Positions 9,689 to 18,621 of a DNA stretch of 64,000 bases are shown here, one piece after another. Location: the IMG/VR virus record IMGVR_UViG_3300023173_001245; one strand, given 5' to 3'. The notes beneath the pieces were generated by a model. It was not told where the DNA came from. It was given only the letters and a program-made list of their open reading frames with translations, and made no database searches. Numbering within the stretch: the first letter of the stretch is position 1; every line of letters begins with the position of its first letter. Origin of the DNA: an uncultured virus (IMG/VR IMGVR_UViG_3300023173_001245). Taxonomy: Duplodnaviria > Heunggongvirae > Uroviricota > Caudoviricetes. Position numbers and translations under genes: made by a program.

Positions 9689-12600
9689 TTATCCTAATGC
9701 GATTGCCAACGCGATTGCTTCATCACTTGCAGTAGTAAGTACACTGACTCCATCTATCTGAACATCCGTCGAACTATTTATACTACCGTTTGCGTCTAGA
9801 CCACCTGTAATGGTTACACCAACACCAGTGGTTTCAAGTGTCTTATTATTATTGTGGTAAAGTTCTATAGCACCACCACTAAAGAATTTAGCTAAAGTAG
9901 AAGTCTTGGTGGTAAATAATATATCACCACTTGTAGTATTATTCTTAATGGTAAGATCACCACTTCCATTAAAAGTCAAAGCATCAGAACTGAGAGATGT
10001 TCTATTTGAACCTCCTGTAGCATGAACTTCAATCCTATTTTGGAAGTACGAAAGACCAGTAACACCGAAAGTACCTGCTACTGATACGTTGTCATGGAAC
10101 GTAGAAACACCAACAACATCTAATCCACCACCAGTAACTCGAAGACCAGCACGAGCAGTGGCAATACCAATCGAATCTTGGTTGGTAACATTCTCATAAG
10201 TAAGATCACCAAGAACTGTTACGTTTCCACTGAACTCGGCACTAGTAGCAGTAAGAACACCAGATACATTTACATTATCTAATTCGGTATGACCAGTTAC
10301 ATCAATACCACCAGCAGTGGTTTCAAACTTAGTAGAACCATTATGATTTAACTTAACTGATCCTCCACCAGTTGCATAGATTGCCGTTGTTCCACCAGCA
10401 ACCTGAACTTCAAAATCATCTCTAGATTTAATAACAATATCATCTCCACCAGGACCCTCACCAGCCGTAGTGGTTTCAATAATAAGATCTCCTTCTCTAT
10501 TAGTAATAGAACTATTAGTTCCGTCATGTTTAATGGTTAGATCCTGCGAAGAACCGAAAGTTACATAAGAACTATCTGGAAGCGAAAAATATCCAGGAGA
10601 TGAATTCCATGATGCAGTATAAGTATCACCCCTAAAAGCAACATAACCCTCAGCGTTAATTCCTTGAGAGAATGTAGAGATTCCAGAAACACCTAATTGA
10701 TTTGAGAAAGTAGTTCCAGTGACAGTAACACCAGCACCAGTGGTTTCAAATGTTTTACCTCCACCATAATATAATGATACGCCAGCATTATTGGCAGCGT
10801 ACAGCATAGTGGTGCCATCTTCATCTGCTAGATAAAGATCACTACCACGAATCTCTAATCTCCCAGATCCAGATTCGTTAATATAACTGCTATTTGTTGC
10901 AGAGTCATGATAAATCTGTAAGTCTTGACCAGCACCAAATCTTAGTCTGTCGTCATCACCAAGATTTACATTACCTTGGAATGTAGAAACACCAGTTACA
11001 TTTAACTGACCAGTCGTTGTGGTTCCAACGATGTTGACACCCGATGTAGCAGTTTCAAATTTCTTAGAGTTGTCGTAGTAGAGTTCTACTGCTCCGTTTG
11101 TGGTGAATTTTGCTTTGGTTTCCGAAATTGACCCATCAGTAATAACAACATCATTATTACCACCAATATATAAACTTCCAGTTCCAGCATCAGTAATATT
11201 ACTGCTTGATCCATTATGCCAAATCTGTAAGTCATTACCATCACCAAGATTAATCTTATCATTATCACCAAGGAATACATTGTCATTAAAGGTGCTGACT
11301 CCAACTACATCTAATCCACCACCAGTAATTCTTAAACCAGCACGGGCAGTAGCAAGACCAACAGAATCAACGTCAGTAACGTCCTCATAAGTCAAATTAC
11401 CAAGAACGCTTAGGTCTCCAGTAATTACTGCACTAGCAGCAGTAAGAACACCAGATACATTTACATTATCTAATTCGGTATGACCATCAACATCAATGTC
11501 AGCATTAAGATCAATATCACCAGTGAATACTGAAACTTGCTGATTGTTAATTCTAAATGCTTCAGATCCATCAGTATTAAATCTAATAGTTCCATCAGAT
11601 CCAGTATCATCAAGAGAAATCGAAGTATCACCCTTTTGTAATGCAGATACTTGGAGAACGGATGCCGTTAGAATTCCACTAACATTTAAATTACCAGTAA
11701 TATTAGTCTCACTGGATCCACCAGGATCAATAGTGATGTCACCAGAAGTCGATGAAAATGTGTTAGCAGCAAGTTGAAGGTTGCCAACAGTTAAACTAGT
11801 TGGAGTAATTAAAGTCTGATTGGATCCACCATCAGTAACGACAAGGTTTCCAACATTCTCTAGGTCGTAAGATGTAGAAGCAAAACTTACTTGACCTGTT
11901 TCTTGATTAATGTAAAGAGAATCACCTACGCGGAAATCTCCACCTTGGTCAATACTTACAAAAGAAACTTGACCACTGTTAAGTTCAACTACCTCGTTTG
12001 CCTGAATAACTGTGGTTGGATCATTGGACATATCCTTTCCAGATCCAACATGGTTGAAGTTCATGGCAAAGAGTCTTAACTGAACTCCTACACCATCAGC
12101 AACTACACCCTGAGATCCGTATTCAACAGCACAACCAACCGAGCGCATTTCTGCACCAAACATGGTGTAATCAGCAAAACTGATTGCACTAGCAATACCA
12201 GTGAAAGTAGTACCATCAGACTGATAAAACTCAACTCTTTGAGTGGTTCCAATACCTACCGAAGTAAATGTCCCATATCCTTTGCCACTAATCTTGGCAT
12301 AAGGATCATCATAATTTGTAATTGTTCCGACAGCAACTACAGAACCACCAGAATCAAACAACTTAACAACATCATTAACTGATGGTGTAACACTTGGTGT
12401 TCTAAACTTAAGTCTTGCTTCGGCAGTTCCAGCAATACCAACTGTTCCCGAAGTACCTACAATAGCTTGAGAAGAGAAATAATGGAAGCAATTCAAATAC
12501 TCTGCACGAGCACCGTTCGTGAGAACAACACCTTTATTATTTGGAGTGAAGAAGGTAACCTCATTAAAGAGCATACCTGCTTCTAATGAATTACTTGCTA

Positions 12601-14464
12601 CCTTAGATCCATCAACTAACGCACCACGACCAGCAATGTAACTAGTTGGTGGTGAATCTGCAGTATCATAACCATAAGGATCAGTGAAACTAGTAGATGA
12701 TCCCTTGTTTAAAACAGTTACTCTCTGGATATAAGGACTTCTAGTCGTGATTGCGATACCAGTTGCATAAGAGAATACATAACCAGTATCATCAGTAGAA
12801 TTATAAAATCCATCTTTGACTGTAAAATCTTCAACTGTGGAAAGATCATTTAGTAAGAGAATATTATTTGTCTTTGTAGCATCGGTTGGTTTAATAGTTG
12901 TTGCTCTAAGACCCGCACCCTTTAGAGTAACTCCTCTAGGAACTGTAAGGGGAACTGTCTCTTCATATGTACCAGAAGAAACATTAATTATATCCCCATC
13001 TGCTGCTACACTTAATGCTTGAGCAATAGTAAGATATGGTTCATTTATATTATCACCACTATTCGAATCGCTACCTGTAGTGGCAACATAATAAGTCTTT
13101 CCAAGTGCATTGAGATCCCCATCAAATCTGGTTGCAGTTGCAACACCAGATACATTCAATGCATCTAACTCAGTATGACCATCTACATCTAGATCAGCAT
13201 TTAGATCAATATTATTATTAAAAGTAGAAACTCCTACTACATCTAGACCACCATCAGTAATTCTTAAACCAGATCTAGCAGTAGCAATTCCTACAGAATC
13301 GACATTAACTACATCCTCATACTTAAGAACACCACCTACTGTAAGATCACCACTGAAAGTTGCGCTAGTAGCAGTGAGAACCCCAGCAATATTAACGTTA
13401 TCGAGTTCGGTATGACCATCAACGTCTAAATCACCATCGACATAAAGATCACTTTGGAAAGTACCAACACCAACGAATGTGGAAACACCAGAGACTCTTA
13501 GAGTATCAAGTTCAGCATGACCATGTACATCTAGATCAGCATTGAGATCAATGTTTCCTGAGAATGTAGAAACACCAGAGACTCTTAGAGCATCAAGTTC
13601 AGCATGACCATTTACATCCAGATCAAATGTGGTAACAATACCACTAATATTAACGTTATCAAGTTCAGTATGCCCATCTACATCGAGATCACCATTGAGA
13701 TCAATGTTTCCTGAGAATGTAGAAACACCAGAAACGTTTAAGTTATCAAGTTCGGTGTGTCCATCTACATCTAAATCACCATTAAGGTCTGTGTTTCCTG
13801 AGAATGTAGAAACACCGGATACTCTTAATTGATCTACTTCAGCATGACCAATTACATCAAGCGTATCAATACCATTATTAAAAGTAGCAACACCAACTAC
13901 ATCTAGACCACCATCAGTAATTCTTAAACCACTTCTCGCTGTGGCAATACCGATGGCATCAACGTTAATTACATCTTGATAAGTAAGAGTTCCACCAATT
14001 GATACATTACCACTAAACTCAGCACTACTAGCAGTAATAACACCAGTTACGCTCATGTTCGTAACTGTTTGTTGATTAACCTGGAAGGTTGTTGCAGTAA
14101 GTAATCCTACGTTAAACTGGTCAGCTTCAATACCAGTTGAGTGAAGGAAAGAACTACCAATTCTAAATCCATCACTATCAATTGTTGCTGCAGTTCCTAC
14201 AGTAATTTTATTTTCATTTGGGTCAAGAGTAATAGTTCCCGATCCAACGGAAAGAATGCCTACTACTCTTGCATCACCATTAACATATAGTTGTGTTCCC
14301 GCAGCACCAACAGCACCAACTTCTAATGTGTATCTTGGCAGAGTCGTTCCGATACCAACACTAGTGACTCCCACCGTAGCAGAAATGCTTACCTGTGAGA
14401 CATCACCCTGTTTATCGTAATTTAGAGCTCTTGCTACTTGAGATAACTCAGAAGGAAATGCCAT
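9689..14464 (-). CDS. Long tail fibre protein (beta-repeat shaft plus parallel beta-helix-like domain)
   Basis: About 9 GH(T/A)E(L/V)D repeats, VELYYDNSKKFET repeats, central YYVATTGSDSNSG..PYLTI..AL domain, C-terminal AIALAIALG. Confidence 0.75.
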   Translation of the reverse strand: MAFPSELSQVARALNYDKQGDVSQVSISATVGVTSVGIGTTLPRYTLEVGAVGAAGTQLYVNGDARVVGILSVGSGTITLDPNENKITVGTAATIDSDGFRIGSSFLHSTGIEADQFNVGLLTATTFQVNQQTVTNMSVTGVITASSAEFSGNVSIGGTLTYQDVINVDAIGIATARSGLRITDGGLDVVGVATFNNGIDTLDVIGHAEVDQLRVSGVSTFSGNTDLNGDLDVDGHTELDNLNVSGVSTFSGNIDLNGDLDVDGHTELDNVNISGIVTTFDLDVNGHAELDALRVSGVSTFSGNIDLNADLDVHGHAELDTLRVSGVSTFVGVGTFQSDLYVDGDLDVDGHTELDNVNIAGVLTATSATFSGDLTVGGVLKYEDVVNVDSVGIATARSGLRITDGGLDVVGVSTFNNNIDLNADLDVDGHTELDALNVSGVATATRFDGDLNALGKTYYVATTGSDSNSGDNINEPYLTIAQALSVAADGDIINVSSGTYEETVPLTVPRGVTLKGAGLRATTIKPTDATKTNNILLLNDLSTVEDFTVKDGFYNSTDDTGYVFSYATGIAITTRSPYIQRVTVLNKGSSTSFTDPYGYDTADSPPTSYIAGRGALVDGSKVASNSLEAGMLFNEVTFFTPNNKGVVLTNGARAEYLNCFHYFSSQAIVGTSGTVGIAGTAEARLKFRTPSVTPSVNDVVKLFDSGGSVVAVGTITNYDDPYAKISGKGYGTFTSVGIGTTQRVEFYQSDGTTFTGIASAISFADYTMFGAEMRSVGCAVEYGSQGVVADGVGVQLRLFAMNFNHVGSGKDMSNDPTTVIQANEVVELNSGQVSFVSIDQGGDFRVGDSLYINQETGQVSFASTSYDLENVGNLVVTDGGSNQTLITPTSLTVGNLQLAANTFSSTSGDITIDPGGSSETNITGNLNVSGILTASVLQVSALQKGDTSISLDDTGSDGTIRFNTDGSEAFRINNQQVSVFTGDIDLNADIDVDGHTELDNVNVSGVLTAASAVITGDLSVLGNLTYEDVTDVDSVGLATARAGLRITGGGLDVVGVSTFNDNVFLGDNDKINLGDGNDLQIWHNGSSSNITDAGTGSLYIGGNNDVVITDGSISETKAKFTTNGAVELYYDNSKKFETATSGVNIVGTTTTGQLNVTGVSTFQGNVNLGDDDRLRFGAGQDLQIYHDSATNSSYINESGSGRLEIRGSDLYLADEDGTTMLYAANNAGVSLYYGGGKTFETTGAGVTVTGTTFSNQLGVSGISTFSQGINAEGYVAFRGDTYTASWNSSPGYFSLPDSSYVTFGSSQDLTIKHDGTNSSITNREGDLIIETTTAGEGPGGDDIVIKSRDDFEVQVAGGTTAIYATGGGSVKLNHNGSTKFETTAGGIDVTGHTELDNVNVSGVLTATSAEFSGNVTVLGDLTYENVTNQDSIGIATARAGLRVTGGGLDVVGVSTFHDNVSVAGTFGVTGLSYFQNRIEVHATGGSNRTSLSSDALTFNGSGDLTIKNNTTSGDILFTTKTSTLAKFFSGGAIELYHNNNKTLETTGVGVTITGGLDANGSINSSTDVQIDGVSVLTTASDEAIALAIALG
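11724..13126 (-). repeat. Copy 1 of a ~1.4-kb duplicated fibre domain (copy 2 at ~23720-25123)
   Basis: FDGDLNALG...SGDITIDP is near-identical in both proteins; 12330-12370 is identical to 24326-24366. Confidence 0.9.
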
Positions 14465-14487
14465 GGAAGGTTTTTAGTTATTTATGG

Positions 14488-15081
14488 TTACTCAGTATCA
14501 AAGAAGAACATATGAAATAGTCTAGAATCATACTTATCGTATCCAAAATATTTAGATGCTGTGTGGGGACACTTGGCATCCCAGATTACCAATCTATTAA
14601 AAACATTGGCGACAACATCAATGTGATCCCATGGTGTGGGATCTAAATGTTTGTTCCTCCAAATGATGTCGGATCCCTCAGTACTTACATGTCTAATGCG
14701 TGTTTCTTTATGAGAAAGTAAAGAAGTGCCACATTCATACGGTGCATCTGGTGTCAGATAAACAGTCGCTGCCCAAGTCTGAGCATCGGCATGATAAACC
14801 AGAGCATCTTCACAAGTACAGTGCTGGAACCTAGCACACATACCATGAACATCTGTCCAATTAGTAATTCTCCTCCCCATAATGGATTCAAATTTTTCTT
14901 TAGTTCCAGTAACTTCATACTGATGCTCAGTTCTCCTACCTCGGTGATAATCACTAAAGTGATAGTCTAAGGAAAGAGCAAAGTTTCGAATAGCAATTGG
15001 ATCTTCATAAAAGTTTTCAACAACCCAAAGAGTGGGATTTGGGTTTTGATTTAATTTTGCATCTCCTAGGAAATATTTCAT
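14488..15081 (-). CDS. 2OG-Fe(II) oxygenase-like protein (DUF6445-type)
   Basis: VVENFYEDP, YHAD (HxD), VYLTPDAP..CGT, NVFNRLVIWD..PHTA, RLFHMFFFD; ATGA overlap with the upstream gene. Confidence 0.75.
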   Translation of the reverse strand: MKYFLGDAKLNQNPNPTLWVVENFYEDPIAIRNFALSLDYHFSDYHRGRRTEHQYEVTGTKEKFESIMGRRITNWTDVHGMCARFQHCTCEDALVYHADAQTWAATVYLTPDAPYECGTSLLSHKETRIRHVSTEGSDIIWRNKHLDPTPWDHIDVVANVFNRLVIWDAKCPHTASKYFGYDKYDSRLFHMFFFDTE

Positions 15082-17234
15082 GTCAGTTCTGGGGGTTTAA
15101 CGGCATTCTCACAAAAACGGCAGAGATTAAAGCATTGGAAGTTATCTGGGATAACATCTTCATAAGATTGTTCATAGAGATTTCCAAGAATATGCTCAAG
15201 ACCATAGTCCATACAACAGAGTGATACATCACCATTTGGGAGCATCACATTGTGATACATCTTCTCAAGACAACCACAGGTCATCTCTTGCTCACCATGA
15301 TAAATGGAACGATACTCATCCTTGCGATTGAGTAGTTCTGGTTTCATAATACTTTCACCAAGAAGATTTCCTGCTCTAGACCACATAGCATATACGGGAG
15401 CATCCGTGAAAACATGTCGCACACTTTCATGTACTGTTCCCATACACATAGTAGTAAAGTTATTGATCTGGGGCCAAACTTTACTGAAGTGTTCGATCAC
15501 TTCAATGTATCTCTTAGTGATAGGATGCTTTGCTTTTCTTTCTTGATCGGGTAAGTGAAGAACAAATCCACCATTTGGTCCACCAGCAAAAGGAATGTGT
15601 TTGATGCGATCAATATCCTCAATACTCATGCCAATACCAGTGGTAAAGATTGAGATGGGATGACCCTTTTCATGAGCATAAAGAACCATATCAGTGCAGT
15701 TCTTATTCAACCAAGGTTCAGTAAATCCAGCAAAGGTTACACGAACTTCTTGTGGAAGTTTATCAACTGCTTTCTTGAAGTTATCGAGCGTCATAAAACG
15801 CTCACCTTTGTAAGACTTTTGAAGAGTTCTTTGTGGGCAGAAGACACAATCAACTACACAACCGTTTTGAGTGTCGATAGAAGTGGTGAATTCCATCGTT
15901 GGGGCAATAGAGTTTTTCCACTTGTCTTTTGGTTGCTCTCTATTGTCAATGTATAGATTGATTTGTTCATACTTTTCAATGAACCAATCATCCCATAAAG
16001 CCCACTTCATATCAACATAGTCGATAGAATAGATTTCATGTTTTGGAAATTCTCTGAGATAAGTATCCCTAAACTTTCTAAACTTAACTTTGTTTTCTGG
16101 AGTATCTAGGTGCCACTCACCAGCAATCTTACTGACATTTTTGCGAATCCAATCCATATTTTCATCATTGAAAATATCATACTCACCACCTTCACAATCA
16201 GTCTTAAGAAAATCAATTTTTGGAATATTATTTTCCCTAACAAAATTCATAAAATTAACAGATGGAATTGTATTCTCATTTTCATCCTCAGAGGCATAAA
16301 CAAGACTCTGATTAAAAAGACCACATGTTTTTAATGAACCATCTTCTGGTCCAATTGCTTTATTTGTAAGAACAGTATTACTATCCTGCACATTTTCAAC
16401 AAGATCTTTGAAAAGATCTGGGTGTGGTTCAAAGCAATAAACCTTTGCTGGATTTTGTTCTTTGATTAAATGTACAAATGGACCAACACTCGAACCAATA
16501 TCAAAAACAATATCTCCTTCTTCTACCTTAAAGAATTTTTGATAGACATTATCAACAAAAATTTCTTTTTCGACAGTTCTCTTAAACCATTCGTTATTTG
16601 CAGCATGTCCCCAATTGAAATCTCTCAATCTCTTGGGTAGATAAACTCGATGGAGATCTTTTCCAGTATCTCCCAGTTTTTGGAGATTGTTTTTAACTGC
16701 AGTTAAATGAATTTCATCCAGAGGATAGTTCAAGAAAAGATCTTCAAGAATATCTCTAGCTTCATTGCACAGTCCAACCCACCATGCTGCTACTGCTTTT
16801 TCAAAACGAATACCATAATATCCAGGATATTCAACATCAACACCAAGTTTTTCTTCTGGATCTTTATCGGCAACTTTCTCACCGATAGAAGCAATCAAAA
16901 ATGCATCGTGATAGTTCTCTTCTCTTTCATAAAAGCGACTCAGAAGAAAATACCCTTCAGGACGATTTGGCATAATTGTCAAACCATGCTGATACAATCC
17001 CTTAACGGTAAAGTTTCTACACCCCTGCTTACTGAAACAAATGCCAGCACGAAGAATACATTGATACTTAATAATATCTTGATCGGTTCTCTCTGCTGCT
17101 CTCAAATAGTAGGAGACTGCAGATGCTGTTTGATTAAGTTTATCGTAATAGATTGCCAGATTTAAATTGTTATCAACATTTTCTGGATCGGCAATAAAAC
17201 TATAAAGCAAATTGCTCAACATTTTATCATTCAT
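15078..17234 (-). CDS. Fusion of TPR-like domain, FkbM-family methyltransferase and radical SAM/SPASM-twitch domain
   Basis: N-terminal helical repeats (AVSYYLRAAE, PNRPEGYFLL); VFDIGSSVG..CFEP..IDFLKTDCEGGE; CVVDCVFC (CxxxCxxC), FAGFTEP; C-terminal CGC..PNGDVSLCCMDY..LGNL..CRFC. Confidence 0.85.
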   Translation of the reverse strand: MNDKMLSNLLYSFIADPENVDNNLNLAIYYDKLNQTASAVSYYLRAAERTDQDIIKYQCILRAGICFSKQGCRNFTVKGLYQHGLTIMPNRPEGYFLLSRFYEREENYHDAFLIASIGEKVADKDPEEKLGVDVEYPGYYGIRFEKAVAAWWVGLCNEARDILEDLFLNYPLDEIHLTAVKNNLQKLGDTGKDLHRVYLPKRLRDFNWGHAANNEWFKRTVEKEIFVDNVYQKFFKVEEGDIVFDIGSSVGPFVHLIKEQNPAKVYCFEPHPDLFKDLVENVQDSNTVLTNKAIGPEDGSLKTCGLFNQSLVYASEDENENTIPSVNFMNFVRENNIPKIDFLKTDCEGGEYDIFNDENMDWIRKNVSKIAGEWHLDTPENKVKFRKFRDTYLREFPKHEIYSIDYVDMKWALWDDWFIEKYEQINLYIDNREQPKDKWKNSIAPTMEFTTSIDTQNGCVVDCVFCPQRTLQKSYKGERFMTLDNFKKAVDKLPQEVRVTFAGFTEPWLNKNCTDMVLYAHEKGHPISIFTTGIGMSIEDIDRIKHIPFAGGPNGGFVLHLPDQERKAKHPITKRYIEVIEHFSKVWPQINNFTTMCMGTVHESVRHVFTDAPVYAMWSRAGNLLGESIMKPELLNRKDEYRSIYHGEQEMTCGCLEKMYHNVMLPNGDVSLCCMDYGLEHILGNLYEQSYEDVIPDNFQCFNLCRFCENAVKPPELT

Positions 17235-18204
17235 TAGTCAAAAACTCCTCCAAAACAGTCTCAGGAAACTTAAGCAAATAGGCAGCATTATCTTGGAATC
17301 CAAAAGTCATGAGCATATTTTCCTTATGTATGGCAAGACCAACGCAGAACTCTACGTGACCACCCATGATAAAGAACTTGTTTGACCACTTCACAAGATT
17401 AAAATCTTTATCCCAGAAAAGAACTCTGTGATAATAAACAGCATCTTTTCTACCAACTTCACTCTTGAACAAATCAACTTCATGAGTGATAGCAACATAC
17501 CCACCTTTCCAAGGAATGACCTGAGATCCTCCACGAGGATACCCATCCATGTTTTTACCTTCCCTTGTGAATAGTTGTTCAGAAGTTCCAGTTGTAGGAT
17601 TAACTTTAACCAGTTCTGTCGGATTGCTCCACTTAATATAGTGGTATGGCATATCAGTAACTGGCATCCAATTCTTTTCACAATAAGAATTTGGATCTAG
17701 TGGTGGTTGAATTCTTGTTTGTGATACTTGCTTTACGGCATTGTTCTCAACAACAAGTTCGCACAATTCCATTCTTCCTGTTCCAACAGTGTCCTCATCT
17801 CTACGGACACCAGAATAGAATAGTTTGTTACCCCAACGGAAAAGACGAGCATCTTCTAGACCAACAAAATCCCAGAGCTCCTTGTCTGGAAACTTTGATG
17901 TATCTACTTTGTTGCAGCGAACAACATCATAATTATCATTCAATTCCAAATAATAATTCCAAGTTCTAAGATGAATATCATCCTCAGGATGGACATAAGT
18001 CAGAGGACCATACTGATGTTGAAATAATTTTTCTTCGGAATGGTAGAAAGTATAATTAACAGATCTAAGATTAACCATAACCTTATCACCATCAACAAAA
18101 ACTGATGGGTTCATCAAACCCAGACCACCAGTTAAGTTGGGATCAACAATTAAAGGATGTATAGATCCACCCTGCTCAATGGCAGATTGTGCGAATATCT
18201 TCAT
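17227..18204 (-). CDS. Five-bladed beta-propeller glycoside hydrolase/glycosylase-like protein (GH43/GH130-like)
   Basis: MNPSV, RSVNY, GLEDARLF, EKNWMP, RGGSQ, VEFCVGL, TFGFQD motifs. Confidence 0.65.
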   Translation of the reverse strand: MKIFAQSAIEQGGSIHPLIVDPNLTGGLGLMNPSVFVDGDKVMVNLRSVNYTFYHSEEKLFQHQYGPLTYVHPEDDIHLRTWNYYLELNDNYDVVRCNKVDTSKFPDKELWDFVGLEDARLFRWGNKLFYSGVRRDEDTVGTGRMELCELVVENNAVKQVSQTRIQPPLDPNSYCEKNWMPVTDMPYHYIKWSNPTELVKVNPTTGTSEQLFTREGKNMDGYPRGGSQVIPWKGGYVAITHEVDLFKSEVGRKDAVYYHRVLFWDKDFNLVKWSNKFFIMGGHVEFCVGLAIHKENMLMTFGFQDNAAYLLKFPETVLEEFLTNE

Positions 18205-18229
18205 TCAATGAATACTATTTCTCAGTCAC

Positions 18230-18258
18230 ATTATATATTAGATTATCAAAAGTGTCAA
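18230..18258 (-). promoter_or_regulatory. Perfect sigma70-type (early) promoter
   Basis: TTGACA-cttttgataatctaata(17)-TATAAT; the -35 box overlaps the stop codon of 18255..18584. Confidence 0.85.
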
Positions 18259-18584
18259 TCGCGTGGAGTTTCTGGTTCTGGATCTGGAATTACTGGTTCT
18301 ACTTCACCTCTTTCCAATCTAGCATAATAGTCCTGATATTCATTAACTCTTGCTTGGAAAGCATCCTCAGTTTCTTTAGCATATCTATCTTTAACTGCTT
18401 GAATTCTAGCAGTCATTGCATCAGAAAATGCACCAGCTTTGAAGAGATCGTCCAGTTGTTCGGTGATATCTGGATACTCTTCTTTTCTTTTTTCACCATA
18501 TCTCATCAATCCCGAATTTTCAGGAATTGATTTTGTTCCAATCTCTTTAATCAAAGAATCTTCGCCTTCATCAAAGTAAGCCAT
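18255..18584 (-). CDS. Small partner protein following a Gly-rich fibre gene (tail-assembly-chaperone-like)
   Basis: Y..KRKEEYPDITEQLDDLF..IQAVKD.Y.K motif; GAGG RBS. Confidence 0.7.
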   Translation of the reverse strand: MAYFDEGEDSLIKEIGTKSIPENSGLMRYGEKRKEEYPDITEQLDDLFKAGAFSDAMTARIQAVKDRYAKETEDAFQARVNEYQDYYARLERGEVEPVIPDPEPETPRD

Positions 18585-18621
18585 TTGTTTTCTCCTCTGT
18601 ATGGTTTATTAAATTATTTAA

